This document shows, one piece after another, positions 17,008 to 28,032 of a DNA stretch of 64,000 nt. The first letter of the stretch is position 1. Each line of letters opens with the position of its first letter. The DNA comes from Gemmatimonadales bacterium. GTDB lineage: Bacteria > Gemmatimonadota > Gemmatimonadetes > Gemmatimonadales > Gemmatimonadaceae. Made by a program: the position numbers and the translations under genes. The stretch spans positions 1,408 through 65,407 of the forward strand of contig JBBQYO010000001.1 in assembly GCA_038208605.1 (NCBI GenBank), in the 5' to 3' direction. The notes beneath the pieces are model-generated. The model saw nothing but the letters and a program-made list of their open reading frames with translations, was not told the DNA's origin and made no database searches.

Positions 17008-18123
17008 CTAATTCGGCGGAGTGATGAAGAAGAACGCGAGGCCAAGAAGCATGTATACGGCCAGCAGCAGCAGCCCTTCGAACCAGGTCGTTTCTCCATC
17101 CTGAGCAATCGCGTTCACAATGAACGCAACAGCGGCGACGGCGATCAGCTCCAGCGGATTGGAGAAGACCAGATTCATGGGCTTTCCCATGAAATACGAC
17201 ACGAGGACGAGAACGGGAGCGACGAAGAGCGCGATCTGTATCGTCGATCCGACCGTGATGCCGATTACGAGATCCATCCTGTCTTTGCGCGCGAAGTACA
17301 CGGCCGACACGTACTCCGCCGCATTGCCGACCACGGCGAGAACGGTGATTCCGAGGAAGAACGTCGTCACTCCAAGCCGCGTCGAAGTCGCCTCGAGTGC
17401 GCCGGAGACCAGCTCCGCCTCCATCGCTGTGATCAGCGTTGCACCGACGAGAACCGCCATCACCTTCCACATGGGCCAGACCTTGTGAGTCACACTCGAT
17501 TGTTTCTTCTCGCCGCTGGAATCCTCAGCGGGCACCGCTTCGTTGCAGGCGGCGAACGTGTCACGATGCGTGACCAGTGAGTAGGCAAGGTTTGCGATGT
17601 AGATCACGATGAGCAATACAGCGACGCCGAGACTCAAACGCTCGTCGAGAAGCGCCGCGTTGCGGGCTCCTGACATTCCTCGCTCGGTGTAGTCGAAAAG
17701 CGCGGGGACCATTAGCGCGATCACAGCGAGCAGAAGAAGGCTCGACAATCGACCGGCAGTCGCGCGATTGAACTTCTGTTCAGTCCTGCCGAACGTGCCG
17801 ACGACAATCGCGAGCCCAAGGCCGAGGAGACTGTTCCCGATGATCGCGCCGGTAATCTGCGCCTTTACTACGCTCGCGTGTCCGGCCTGAAGAACGAACA
17901 GCGCGAGAATGAGCTCGGCGACATTTCCGAACGTTACGTTCAGCAACCCGCCGATAGCGCTCCCCAGCCGCTCCGCCAGCTGCTCGGTGCTTTTCCTGAT
18001 CCACTCGGCCAACGGGACAATCGCCAGAACAGCGGTCACGAAGATCAACATTGGCGAAGCGTGAACGCCGTATGCGAGAACTAGCGATGCTGGAATGAGC
18101 AGGAGCATCAGCGAGAAGATCAT
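17008..18123 (-). CDS. cax: calcium/proton exchanger (CaCA, ChaA/Cax)
   Basis: [42 protein letters not shown]; multiple TM segments. Confidence 0.93.
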   Translation of the reverse strand: MIFSLMLLLIPASLVLAYGVHASPMLIFVTAVLAIVPLAEWIRKSTEQLAERLGSAIGGLLNVTFGNVAELILALFVLQAGHASVVKAQITGAIIGNSLLGLGLAIVVGTFGRTEQKFNRATAGRLSSLLLLAVIALMVPALFDYTERGMSGARNAALLDERLSLGVAVLLIVIYIANLAYSLVTHRDTFAACNEAVPAEDSSGEKKQSSVTHKVWPMWKVMAVLVGATLITAMEAELVSGALEATSTRLGVTTFFLGITVLAVVGNAAEYVSAVYFARKDRMDLVIGITVGSTIQIALFVAPVLVLVSYFMGKPMNLVFSNPLELIAVAAVAFIVNAIAQDGETTWFEGLLLLAVYMLLGLAFFFITPPN

Positions 18124-18241
18124 GGCCGCATCTTAGCCACTCCGGGTCTCCGTGTCATCCGGCTCGTGTCGTCCTAGAGTTCAGGGAGTCGGCCAACGGT
18201 CGACAGAATCAGAAGCCTGGGTATTTAGTAGCATATCGTTA

Positions 18242-18964
18242 CTATACACCTGCTTCTCTGTAGTACCGATACAGCAACCATGCGGAAACGGCGCCGAGTA
18301 TGTGCCACACAGCATGTCCCTGAATGAGACTCTGAGGCGAGCAAAGAATGCGCTCGTAGTCGAGCACCCAGACAATGAAGGCAACACCGAGTACCGCTAC
18401 AGCACTCCATAACAGACGAGCACTCTGCATTTTTCCAACGTCCCCGCCAACTGTCGCCGCTCGGCTGCGCTGGCTGCCGATAAGCTCCACGAGAATGACA
18501 CCTCCAATCAGTAGTCCGAAAGCGACTCGCCTGATGACGGGCACCCACCAAAGCATAGCGGCGAGCATGAGGTTCGATCCGAGATAGGCCGACACTACGG
18601 TGGCCGCACTGAGTCCTCTGACTCGGTCAATACTATAGATCAGCGCGAACGTGGCGATGAAGTACATCCCGAGCACATCGATGAACTGGCCCTTGTAACT
18701 CAGCTGCGCGTGATAGAAGGCACTGCCGAGCCCAATTACCAGTAAGGCAACAACGAATAGCGGCGGATACGCTCGGCGGGCATTGAACCGATTGGGGGGC
18801 AGATCGGTTCCAGTACGGCGCGACACCCATTGGACCATCACGATGACCGCGACAACCACGAATGCCAGCGACGACAGGCTGTTCGCCGGCTGCATGATAC
18901 CGTGTGACCGCACCGCTTCGCAGAAACACGAGCTCGGCATGCAGCTGGCGGGACGAACTACCAC
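18242..18964 (-). CDS. ceramidase (CREST family) membrane hydrolase
   Basis: FCE...QPANSLSS, GLGSAFYHA, D..GM, QGHAVWHIL. Confidence 0.85.
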   Translation of the reverse strand: MVVRPASCMPSSCFCEAVRSHGIMQPANSLSSLAFVVVAVIVMVQWVSRRTGTDLPPNRFNARRAYPPLFVVALLVIGLGSAFYHAQLSYKGQFIDVLGMYFIATFALIYSIDRVRGLSAATVVSAYLGSNLMLAAMLWWVPVIRRVAFGLLIGGVILVELIGSQRSRAATVGGDVGKMQSARLLWSAVAVLGVAFIVWVLDYERILCSPQSLIQGHAVWHILGAVSAWLLYRYYREAGV

Positions 18965-21147
18965 TTGATCACGCTGAAAACGTTCGAGTAATCATCGGTC
19001 CACAGTCGCGACTCTGTGCCTCCCGGCAAGGTTCTCCACCGGGAATCCGTAGCGATCGATCCGACGTCGGCTTTGTCCCGAGCAAGCACGACCCATTCCG
19101 ATGGGTATGCGAGATCGCCATCGAGTTTCTCGTCAGGCTCATGATCCTGAATCAGCGCGATGAGGCCCGCATCAGCCGCGAGCGCACCAACAACGGGCTT
19201 GAGATCGAGATGCTTGTTGCTGATGTGAACGAACAGCACTCCATGATCGTCGAGAACGCGCTCGTAGAGATGGAATGACTCTCTGGTCAAAAGATGCACG
19301 GGAATGGCGTCAGAGCTGAACGCATCTACAATGAGCAATCCGAACCGCTTGCCCGGCTCCCGGCTCAGTGTGAGTCTCGCGTCGCCAATCACGATCCTCG
19401 GCCGCACCGCACAGTCGCGGAGGTAGGTGAAATAGCGAGGATCACTCGAGATCCGTCTTATCAACGGATCGATCTCGAAGAATGTCCAATTCTGTCCCGG
19501 CTTCGAATAGCAGAGAACCGTTCCGGCACCGAGCCCGACTGCAGCGATTCCCTTTCCAGCCAGCTTTGCATCGAGCGCGGAGAAGACCTGGCCGACCGGT
19601 CCGCTCGGATGATAGTAGGTCTCGGGAGTCAGCCGTCTCAGCGAATCCTGATATTGAGCTCCGTGAGTGGTGGTTCCGTGCACGAGACGATGCGCTGACC
19701 CATAGACCCGCTGAACGCGGTAGGAGCCAAAGAAAGACCTGGCCGCGACGAGGTCGGTATTGTAACGGTTGTCGACGATGAACGTCGCCACGGCCATGGC
19801 GGCAATCGCTACACCGTAACGAGATGCGCTGGAGCTCATCGACGACATCAACAGAATCGCAGCGACCGACGACAGCACCTTCACTGAAACGCCTAGCAGT
19901 CGGTGATCAGTGAATCCATACCAGGCGACGAACCCCAGCAACAACGCGGGCAATACAGATAGCAGCGGCCGTGGAATTACTGCACTCACGTCGACAGTGC
20001 GCGATCTCCAGCTTGGTCTGAGAAAACACGCAGCGACCAGCACGAGCTGGTATTCGGCAATCGACTTGAACAGGAGCGGTGCGAGGATCGCGTTGAACAT
20101 TCCGCCGAGTGCCCCGCCGAATGCCATCCACAGATAGAAGCCCGTCAGGTACTCCGGAGCGGGCCGTGATGCGGCCAGCTCACCATGCAGAACGAGAGCG
20201 GTTGTTGCGAATACCGCGAGGTGCAGAATGTATGTCGCTCGCAGACTCATTTCCGATCCCCAGAACAGGGCTACCATGAGAAGAGTCAGCAGTCCGCCGT
20301 GCAGCGTTACCGCGAAATGATCGACGTTTCGGCCCGATCGCGCGAAGACGATGATAAACGTGATCAGATAGAGCGCGAGTGGAATGACCCACAGCAATGG
20401 CATGGCGGCGACGTCGGTGGAGAGATACGTCGTCACGCCGAGCAGCAGGCTCGATGGGACAAATGCCAATGCGATCCATCGCACTCGCTCGCGAAGCTTC
20501 GGTGGGGGAGACCCGGCATCGATCTCACCCTCGGTCGACATGAAACGGGGACGGTGTGAGCTCTTCCACACGAACAATGCAGACCCCGCCGCCAGTGCGA
20601 TCGCGATTCCGTAACTGATGCTCCACGCCCAGGCCTGCTGTCCGAGCCGAAGATGCGGCTCCATCACAACTGGAAACGCAAGCAACCCGATGAGACTGCC
20701 AATATTGCTCGCGGCGTAGAGTACGTAGGGGTTCGAAGCTGAAGGGTGATCGGAATCAGTCAGCCATCTTTGCACGAGCGGCGCCGTCGCGGCGAGGAGG
20801 AAAAACGGAGCGCCGACTGCGACGCTGAGAAGGCCGGTCAGCCAGAGTATTGCGTTCCCCGAAGCGGGTGGTGTCCATCCGCGCGGGATGCCGACTGGCA
20901 ATGACAGAATTGCGAGGACGAGCAACCCGACGTGTACGATCGCCTGTCGCTTCGAGCTCAGATATTTCGATGTGAGGTGCGCGTAGAGATATCCAAGGAG
21001 AAGCATCGCCTGGAAATACATGAGACAGGTATTCCAGACAGCCGGCGATCCGCCGAGCATCGGCAGCACCATCTTCGCGAACAGGGGCTCGATCCAGAAC
21101 AGCAGGAGCGCGCTGCCGAGGGTCGTCAGAGCGAAAAGCGCTAGCAC
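18958..21147 (-). CDS. fused membrane (MFS-like)/spermidine synthase-like methyltransferase
   Basis: LPMLGGSPAVW, many TM segments, HGTTTHGAQ, GLGAGT, EIDP, GDAR, DAFSSDAIPVHLLT, WTDDYSN. Confidence 0.92.
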   Translation of the reverse strand: MLALFALTTLGSALLLFWIEPLFAKMVLPMLGGSPAVWNTCLMYFQAMLLLGYLYAHLTSKYLSSKRQAIVHVGLLVLAILSLPVGIPRGWTPPASGNAILWLTGLLSVAVGAPFFLLAATAPLVQRWLTDSDHPSASNPYVLYAASNIGSLIGLLAFPVVMEPHLRLGQQAWAWSISYGIAIALAAGSALFVWKSSHRPRFMSTEGEIDAGSPPPKLRERVRWIALAFVPSSLLLGVTTYLSTDVAAMPLLWVIPLALYLITFIIVFARSGRNVDHFAVTLHGGLLTLLMVALFWGSEMSLRATYILHLAVFATTALVLHGELAASRPAPEYLTGFYLWMAFGGALGGMFNAILAPLLFKSIAEYQLVLVAACFLRPSWRSRTVDVSAVIPRPLLSVLPALLLGFVAWYGFTDHRLLGVSVKVLSSVAAILLMSSMSSSASRYGVAIAAMAVATFIVDNRYNTDLVAARSFFGSYRVQRVYGSAHRLVHGTTTHGAQYQDSLRRLTPETYYHPSGPVGQVFSALDAKLAGKGIAAVGLGAGTVLCYSKPGQNWTFFEIDPLIRRISSDPRYFTYLRDCAVRPRIVIGDARLTLSREPGKRFGLLIVDAFSSDAIPVHLLTRESFHLYERVLDDHGVLFVHISNKHLDLKPVVGALAADAGLIALIQDHEPDEKLDGDLAYPSEWVVLARDKADVGSIATDSRWRTLPGGTESRLWTDDYSNVFSVIKW

Positions 21148-21267
21148 TTATGCGGCAGGGACACGACCCTACATAGCACCAGAATAGGCCGATCTCCAGC
21201 CCTTGCCGAGCGGCCTCAACTTCAGCATGGTACGGGTGCAGGGACGACCCGCTCCGGTGTACTTCCA

Positions 21268-22143
21268 ATGACCGATCCATCGATTGCGATAAGGCCGGAA
21301 GACGATGAGCTCGACATGTTCGGCATCACGCACTGCGGAAACGTGCGCGCCGAAAACCAAGATCATTTTCTCATTTCGACGGTTCATCCACAGCTGGTCA
21401 TTCACGGAACAAGCCTGCCCAACGTCGAGGGCCTTCCCTTACGCGGATCGCGTCTCGCTACAGTCATGGTTCTCGCGGACGGAGTGGGCGGCGCTGCAGC
21501 AGGAAGTGAGGCAGCGAGGCTCGCGACGGAAGCTGTAATGCGATATGTGTCCAGCACGCTTCGTTCGTATCACAACGCTGGCTCAGCGAGGGACGACGAG
21601 TTTCTCAATGCACTGAAATCATCTGCCATGGAAGCGCACGCTGCAGTTCGTGCAGAGGCGGCGCTCAGAACTGACGAGCGGCAGATGGCATCGACCCTGA
21701 CAGTTGGTTTCGTGGTGTGGCCATGGCTCTACGTCGTTCAGGTTGGCGACAGCCGCGCCTATTATTTCTCAGAGGGAAATCTCCGGCTTTTGACGCACGA
21801 CCAGACGATCGCTCAGTCGCTCGTCGACCAGGGGATTCTTCCAGCCGACAAGCTCGACCGTTCGCCGTTCAAGCACGTGCTGTCGAGCGCAATCGGTGCT
21901 GATGAAGCAGTTCCTGAAGTCACACGCGTAGATATCACGGAGCGTGGCTCCCTCATCCTGCTCTGCAGTGATGGCCTGACCAAGCATGTGACCGACGAAG
22001 AGATCGCAGGCACGATCGAAAACATGATTTCATCCGAACAGGTTGCGAGAAGTCTGCTCGAGCTGGCGTTGTCGCGCGGCGGACGGGACAACATCACGAT
22101 CATCAGTGCCCGTGCGATGCTCAAGAACCGAGATCGCAGTTAG
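21268..22143 (+). CDS. PP2C-family Ser/Thr phosphatase
   Basis: G.VRAENQD, LADGVGG, VGDSRAY, LCSDGL, GGRDNIT. Confidence 0.93.
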   Translation: MTDPSIAIRPEDDELDMFGITHCGNVRAENQDHFLISTVHPQLVIHGTSLPNVEGLPLRGSRLATVMVLADGVGGAAAGSEAARLATEAVMRYVSSTLRSYHNAGSARDDEFLNALKSSAMEAHAAVRAEAALRTDERQMASTLTVGFVVWPWLYVVQVGDSRAYYFSEGNLRLLTHDQTIAQSLVDQGILPADKLDRSPFKHVLSSAIGADEAVPEVTRVDITERGSLILLCSDGLTKHVTDEEIAGTIENMISSEQVARSLLELALSRGGRDNITIISARAMLKNRDRS

Positions 22144-23674
22144 CTCCGCTCCAGGAACGGCTCCAGGTTCTCGTGTTGCGATAGGCTTTGCGGCACTTGC
22201 CATCGCGATTCATTCCGCGACTAACATCATCACACCGTACGGAATTCATCGCGATGAGTTCCTTTATCTCGCGATGGGCAGGCACCTGCACTTGTGGCGA
22301 ATGGAGTTTCCGCCCGCAATCGCGCTCCTCGCTCAGTTCTCGCACACGCTCCTCGGCGATTCACTCTTCGCAATTCGCTTTCTCCCTGCACTGGCTGCCG
22401 GCGCACTCGTCTATCTATCAGCGACAATTGCCCGTCACTTCGGCGGCGGCAGGGTCAGCCAGATTCTCGCAGCCCTCGCAGTGCTGTGTTCACCGTTGTT
22501 TCTTCGCGCGGGTAACCTGTTTCAGCCTGTCGTATTCGACCAGCTCGCGTGGACCGTCGCGTTCTACGCACTCATAAGGCTCGCCGGGACGGAAAACACC
22601 AAATGGTGGCTCTGGCTTGGTGTCGCTGCTGGTCTGGGCCTTCTCGTGAAATTCAGCGCAGTGTTTTTTGGGACTGCGGCGTTGGCTGCGATCATCGTCA
22701 GTCCGCAACGTCGATGGTTTCTCACCCGTTGGCCGTGGGCCGCTATTGCGATAGCTCTTGCAATCGGAAGCCCGAGCGTGATCGGACAGATAGCTCTCGA
22801 TTTTCCCGTCTTGAAGCAGATGCAGGACTTGAAGGCATCGCAGCTGGATCGAGTCACGCCGGCCGCATTCATTGGTGGACAGTTTCTGTTGGGTCCGGCC
22901 GTATTCCTGGCAATAGCGGGTCTTATTTCGCTGATCGTTTCAGAACGACTGAAGCGCTTTGCAGTTGTTGGATGGATATCGCTATTCGCATTTCTCATCC
23001 TGATGGCTCTTCACGGAAAGTCATACTATCTCGGTCCGGTATATCCGGCGTTGTTCGCAGCCGGTGCCGTGGTGATCGAGGGATTTGCCAATGCGAAAGT
23101 GCGGCGTTCGGTCGAATGGATAGCGGCTGCACTCATTGTCGCATACGGTGCGCTTACCTTGCCGCTCGGCGTACCGATCCTGCCTCCTGAAACAATGGCT
23201 GCGTATTCGACCGCGATCGGTGCTGCTTCCGCATTGCGTAACAATCAGGGTGAGCTCGACCGTCTCCCTCAGGATTACGCCGACATGCTCGGCTGGGAAC
23301 ACCAGGTCGCCGAAGTTGCCAGCGTTTACAACTCACTGTCTCCGTCGGACAAGCAGCAGGCTGTCGTTATCGCCGGGAATTACGGTGAAGCGGGTGCGAT
23401 TGATTATTACGGGCCGAGGTATGGACTGCCGAACGCAATCGCTGCTGCGGGGACGTACTGGTTCTTCGGTCCGGGGACCAAACCCGGAAGCGTGGCCGTA
23501 GCGGTTGGCGTTCCGGAAAAAACAATCAGGGCGTTTTTCCGCGATGGGCAGTTAGTGAAAACGGTTGGCGATCCCTGGTCGGTCGGCGAGGAGCGCAACG
23601 TTCCAATATTCATTGCGCGGAACCCTCTCAGGACGCTGCAGGAAGTGTGGCCGTCGCTCGCCGGGCGAAACTAG
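22112..23674 (+). CDS. glycosyltransferase family 39 (ArnT/PMT-like) membrane protein; start uncertain
   Basis: YGIHRDEFLY, PP, GLGLLVK, GKSYYL, DMLGW, NYGEAGAI. Confidence 0.85.
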   Translation: MRCSRTEIAVSSAPGTAPGSRVAIGFAALAIAIHSATNIITPYGIHRDEFLYLAMGRHLHLWRMEFPPAIALLAQFSHTLLGDSLFAIRFLPALAAGALVYLSATIARHFGGGRVSQILAALAVLCSPLFLRAGNLFQPVVFDQLAWTVAFYALIRLAGTENTKWWLWLGVAAGLGLLVKFSAVFFGTAALAAIIVSPQRRWFLTRWPWAAIAIALAIGSPSVIGQIALDFPVLKQMQDLKASQLDRVTPAAFIGGQFLLGPAVFLAIAGLISLIVSERLKRFAVVGWISLFAFLILMALHGKSYYLGPVYPALFAAGAVVIEGFANAKVRRSVEWIAAALIVAYGALTLPLGVPILPPETMAAYSTAIGAASALRNNQGELDRLPQDYADMLGWEHQVAEVASVYNSLSPSDKQQAVVIAGNYGEAGAIDYYGPRYGLPNAIAAAGTYWFFGPGTKPGSVAVAVGVPEKTIRAFFRDGQLVKTVGDPWSVGEERNVPIFIARNPLRTLQEVWPSLAGRN

Positions 23675-23737
23675 AATCAGCCGTCCTTCGGCCGCTCGTA
23701 GTCGCCACAGGTACCGATCTTTTCGTAGTCGCGCGAA

Positions 23738-24526
23738 TCAAACAATGCTTTCAGACGAGTACTCCACCGGATCCTGTCGATAAAACCCCTGGAGCTCCGC
23801 GTATAGAGCCGGATGTTTCTCCTTCAGCTCGCGTGGCCGCTCAAAAAATGCTTCGGTTGCCACGGCGAAGAACTCGATTGGGTTGGTCGCACCATATCCG
23901 TCAAGAACTGTTGGAACACCATAGGCCTCTGCTGCTCTCAACGCGCCGAACTCAGCGCTCATGACTCTCGCCCAGGCGAGGTATTGTGCGTGCGTTTCGA
24001 GCGCAGGTGTTCCGTCCGCCGTTCGATTTTCAAAATCGAGCTGATGGGCAAACTCGTGGAGCACGACGTTATGCCCGTCGCTCGCGTCGCGTGCGCCGTG
24101 ACTTGCCGCGTCCCATGCCAGCACCAGTGCGCCAAGCCGCTGTGCAGTGTGGCCGAGCCGGTGCTCGGGGCCTTCTTCCCAGATGCCTCCGCCGACATGC
24201 CGAACTGCTTCCTCTGTGTATCCCGAAGGATAGACGAGGATCGACGTAAGCTCGGGATAGTAGTCGGTCTCCCGATGCAGAAGCAGCAGACACGCCTGAG
24301 CCGCGATCGTTACACGTATCTCATCAGTCATCTCGAGACCGCCACATCCCTCGAAATGTTTCTCTTCCAGAAAGACCTGTATGTGGCCGAGGAGTTCCTG
24401 ACGATCCGCTGGTGACAGGCGAAGAAGGACGGGAAAGTTTCGCTCCAGCGGAGCGAGCCACGAGGGGTTGAACGGCTGCGAGCGCAGACGTTCCCGGCGA
24501 CGGTCGGTCAGAAATCCGAAAGGCAT
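23738..24526 (-). CDS. MtfA/M90 family zinc metallopeptidase
   Basis: EKHFEGCGGLE, IAAQACLLLL, NVVLHEFAHQLD, YGATNPIEFFAVATEAFFE. Confidence 0.92.
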   Translation of the reverse strand: MPFGFLTDRRRERLRSQPFNPSWLAPLERNFPVLLRLSPADRQELLGHIQVFLEEKHFEGCGGLEMTDEIRVTIAAQACLLLLHRETDYYPELTSILVYPSGYTEEAVRHVGGGIWEEGPEHRLGHTAQRLGALVLAWDAASHGARDASDGHNVVLHEFAHQLDFENRTADGTPALETHAQYLAWARVMSAEFGALRAAEAYGVPTVLDGYGATNPIEFFAVATEAFFERPRELKEKHPALYAELQGFYRQDPVEYSSESIV

Positions 24527-24627
24527 GTGTCTGAATCTATTGTGATGCGCATGAGCGCAGTTGCCTCGCCAAATGGGGAGCACTACTCTTGCTTCGCGTC
24601 TGTCGTACACCGGGCACAGGAAGACGT

Positions 24628-25692
24628 TTGAAACCAGAGCTTGGCATCATCGAAGGCTTTTACGGAAAGCCGTGGGGCTGGGAGGCGAGGCGCGAGTCAG
24701 TCTCGTTTCTCGCGCCGTATGGTTACCGGCTCTACATGTACGCTCCAAAGGCTGACGCGTTTCTTCGCCGCGAGTGGAAGACACTGCATTCAGATGCCGC
24801 TGCTGATGAAATGAAGGCGTTCGCCAGGCACTGCCGCGAAGCCGGCGTTCGGTTCGGTATTGGCATCAGTCCTTACGAGCTTTTCAATAATTTCGATGGG
24901 CACGCTCGTGAGGCCTTGAGCCGCAAGCTGGCATTTTTCGACGATATGGGCGCGGAGGACGTCGCAATTCTGTTCGACGACATGCGCGGAGACGTTTCTG
25001 ATCTGGCGAGGCGTCAGGCGGAGATCGTCGAATGGGCCGCTGCTCGCACAGAAGCGACTCGCGTCCTGATGTGTCCGAGCTACTACTCGGACGATCCGAT
25101 TCTCGATCGCGTCTTTGGCGCACGTCCGTCTCACTACGTCGAAGACCTCGGCGAAATGCTCGACCCATCGATCGGAATTTTCTGGACGGGCGAGGAAGTG
25201 ATATCACGCCAGTTTTCTCCCGGTCATCTCGAGCGTGTGACCAACCAGCTCGGACGGAAGCCTTTTCTCTGGGACAACTATCCAGTCAACGACGGACAGC
25301 GAATGTCGCAGTATCTGCACCTCCGCGGCTTCACAGGCCGTCCTTCATCGATCTCGGATCACATCGAAGCGCACGAAATAAATCCGGCCCTTCAACCAAC
25401 GCTCGGAAGAATTCCTGCGATCACTCTTTCCGATAGTTACCGCCTGGGCGATGCATACCAGTATGCCGATTCATTCAAACATGCGTGCGTGGATGTGCTG
25501 GGCGATGATCTCGGAACCATGGTGCGAGAGGATCTACTGGCCCTTCAGGACATTGGGCTCGACCGGCTCGACGACAAGGCGAAAACGCTTCGAGAACGGT
25601 ACGAGAGCATCGATCATCCTGGAGCACGGGAGATCGTCGCCTGGTTGAACGGTGATTATAGAATTACGAACGAGATTGTCGAGACGCAGTAG
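24628..25692 (+). CDS. GH84 beta-N-acetylglucosaminidase (O-GlcNAcase-like) catalytic domain
   Basis: GIIEGFYGKPW, YMYAPK.D, ILFDD, CPSYY, FWTG, WDNYPVND; TTG start inferred. Confidence 0.9.
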   Translation: MKPELGIIEGFYGKPWGWEARRESVSFLAPYGYRLYMYAPKADAFLRREWKTLHSDAAADEMKAFARHCREAGVRFGIGISPYELFNNFDGHAREALSRKLAFFDDMGAEDVAILFDDMRGDVSDLARRQAEIVEWAAARTEATRVLMCPSYYSDDPILDRVFGARPSHYVEDLGEMLDPSIGIFWTGEEVISRQFSPGHLERVTNQLGRKPFLWDNYPVNDGQRMSQYLHLRGFTGRPSSISDHIEAHEINPALQPTLGRIPAITLSDSYRLGDAYQYADSFKHACVDVLGDDLGTMVREDLLALQDIGLDRLDDKAKTLRERYESIDHPGAREIVAWLNGDYRITNEIVETQ

Positions 25693-25694
25693 AG

Positions 25695-26768
25695 CTAGTC
25701 TTTAGCCCGCAGATACTGATCGGGCCATCTCACCTGAGCGCCCAGTAGCTTCGCTGCGTGCAATGCGAAGTACGGGTCACGCAACATCTCGCGCGCAAGC
25801 AGCACCAGGTCCGCACGACCTTCAGTGATGATATCGTTTGCCTGTTCCGGAGTCGTGATCATCCCCACAGCGCCCGTCGCTACCTTCACATCGCGTTTGA
25901 TTCGCTCGGCGAAGTGAGCCTGATATCCCGGAAAAGCTGGAATTTTCACGCCGGGAACGAGTGCGCCGGATGAGCAATCGATGAGATCGACGCCCATAGG
26001 AGCGATGACGCGTGCGAGCTCGACCGACTGCTCGATATCCCATCCCCCATCGGCCCAGTCGGTCGCAGAGATACGAACGAAGAGTGGAAGACGTTCCGGC
26101 CATACTTCACGAACGCCCTCGACAATCTTCTTCGCGAACCGAATACGATTCTCGAACGTTCCACCGTATTCGTCGGTGCGATGGTTGCTCAGTGGCGACA
26201 GGAATTCGTGGATGAGGTAACCATGCGCTGCGTGCAGCTCGACCACTTCGAATCCCGCGTCGAGAGCGCGACGCGCAGCGTCTACGAATGCGCTGCGAAT
26301 TCTCTCGATGCCTTTTGAGTCGAGAGCTTCCGGCGCAGGGTTCCCATCGTAGTAGGGAATCGCGCTCGGCGCATGGATCGGCGACCACCCTCCTTCCGCA
26401 GGCGTCAGGTACTTGCTTCCACGCCACGGAACATCGGTGCTCGCCTTTCGCCCGGCGTGCGCCAACTGAATACCTGGCACAGCCTGCTGAGTCTTGATGA
26501 ACGCAGTGCACCGGGCAAGCATCTCGACATGCTCATCTTTCCAGATGCCCAGATCCTGCGGCGAAATTCTTCCGTCGCTTGTTACCGCGGTTGCTTCTGC
26601 TATCACGAGCGCAGCTCCGCCAACTGCGCGGCTGCCGAGATGAACGAGATGCCAGTCGGTCGCGAAACCGTCAGTGCTCGAGTACTCGCACATCGGCGAA
26701 ACCGCGATGCGGTTGCGAAGCGTTATGCCACGGATAGCGAGCGGGGAGAACAGATTTGAATCAGTCAC
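25695..26768 (-). CDS. namA: NADH:flavin oxidoreductase (old yellow enzyme, YqjM/NamA type)
   Basis: NRIAVSPMCEYS, QLAHAGRKAS, ELHAAHGYL, RTDEYGG, LRDPY. Confidence 0.92.
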   Translation of the reverse strand: MTDSNLFSPLAIRGITLRNRIAVSPMCEYSSTDGFATDWHLVHLGSRAVGGAALVIAEATAVTSDGRISPQDLGIWKDEHVEMLARCTAFIKTQQAVPGIQLAHAGRKASTDVPWRGSKYLTPAEGGWSPIHAPSAIPYYDGNPAPEALDSKGIERIRSAFVDAARRALDAGFEVVELHAAHGYLIHEFLSPLSNHRTDEYGGTFENRIRFAKKIVEGVREVWPERLPLFVRISATDWADGGWDIEQSVELARVIAPMGVDLIDCSSGALVPGVKIPAFPGYQAHFAERIKRDVKVATGAVGMITTPEQANDIITEGRADLVLLAREMLRDPYFALHAAKLLGAQVRWPDQYLRAKD

Positions 26769-27994
26769 ATGCAGGCGGTGCCGAACGGGCCGGCCGGTAC
26801 ATCGATTGTCGGCGCGCTGGCAACTGGAATTGTAAGATCGAGCTCGTCCATCAGGTTGTTGGCGTTTGCGTCGCGCAATGCGAGTGGCTGCAGCGACCAC
26901 CGTGATTCGATCAGGCGCAGTATCGATGCGTGATCGTAAATCTTGCTCGACACGGTCTGTCTCTTCACGAAAGGTGACACGAGAACTGTCGGCACTCTGA
27001 ATCCGCGAAGCCCGTCGATATTACCAGCGTCGCGCTCGATTTGCGAAAGCGGGGCGACGGTTGGCGGGACGTGGTCGTAAAATCCGCCCCATTCGTCGAA
27101 CGTGATCACCAGCAGCGACGACTTCCACTGCGGACCGGTCGTTATCGCGCGATAGATACTTCCGAGGAAGGCTTCAGCATTGCGGATGTCGCCAGGTGGG
27201 TGATAGCTGTTGCTGAAATCAGACGACAGCTCGGGATCGACAAACGAGACGTTGGGCAGTGTTCCTGCCGATGCATCGCTGAAGAACGAAGCGATCGGCT
27301 TGATCAGCTACGAATACTTGAAGCCCCACAACGAAGCAGTCGTGAGAGACGTGCCATAATTGGCGCCAGTGAGACTCGCCCCTGCCAGCCGGTCCCAGAT
27401 TGTAGGCAGTGTACTCGCCAGCAGCGTGTTCGATATCCGGTCGGTCTGAGCCGCCTGCGATATGATGCGGTTCGGAAATGTCGGACCGAGAAATGGCGCG
27501 AAGTACCGGTCGAGCACTCTCCACTGCGGTGCCGCCTTGCCGAGGAAAGAGAGGTCTGCCGGTGAGTAGTAGCCGATGGCTGAGATGTCGCTTCCATCAG
27601 CCTTGAGCCAGCCGTCACATGCGCCGCCGTTGTACTGAACGCGGCCGCCCGTTGCTGAATGATTGGGATCCGCCTGTCCGCATCCATCGAGGCTCGTGAG
27701 GTGGTGCGTTGCCCTCATCGTTCCTGTTTTGTCCGGATAGGACAGGCCCGCCTGTCTGCCATCAGCTCCCGGCAGCCATCCGAGCAAATGATCGAATGAG
27801 CGATTTTCCATCGTGACTACGATGACGTTGTCGACCGATCCCGGAACCACGGGGACAATCGGGTCGGGACTGGTACCAATACTCGAATCCTTGCAGCCGA
27901 TAATTCCGGCTCCGGCCAGCACTGCCATCCTGCCAAGAAAATCGCGGCGCGAGAGAGCAGATGGCGAATGGAGCGAGCGAGCGGAATACATCAT
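26765..27994 (-). pseudogene. Tat-exported phosphoesterase/phospholipase C interrupted by an in-frame TAG
   Basis: SRRDFL Tat motif, MENRSFDH, GPTFPNR. TAG at 27310-27308, then the same frame continues LPNVSFVDP..HPP..ITFDEWGGFYDHV..GFRVP..YDHASIL. Confidence 0.85.
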
Positions 27995-28032
27995 CCAAAG
28001 TAATTACAGGATGAGTCGGAGGTATCTATTCC

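Noticed and set aside
27308-27310. Pyrrolysine or genetic-code reassignment
   Set aside because: Many genes here end in TAG, no pyl genes are visible, and the position is not in a recognised catalytic motif.
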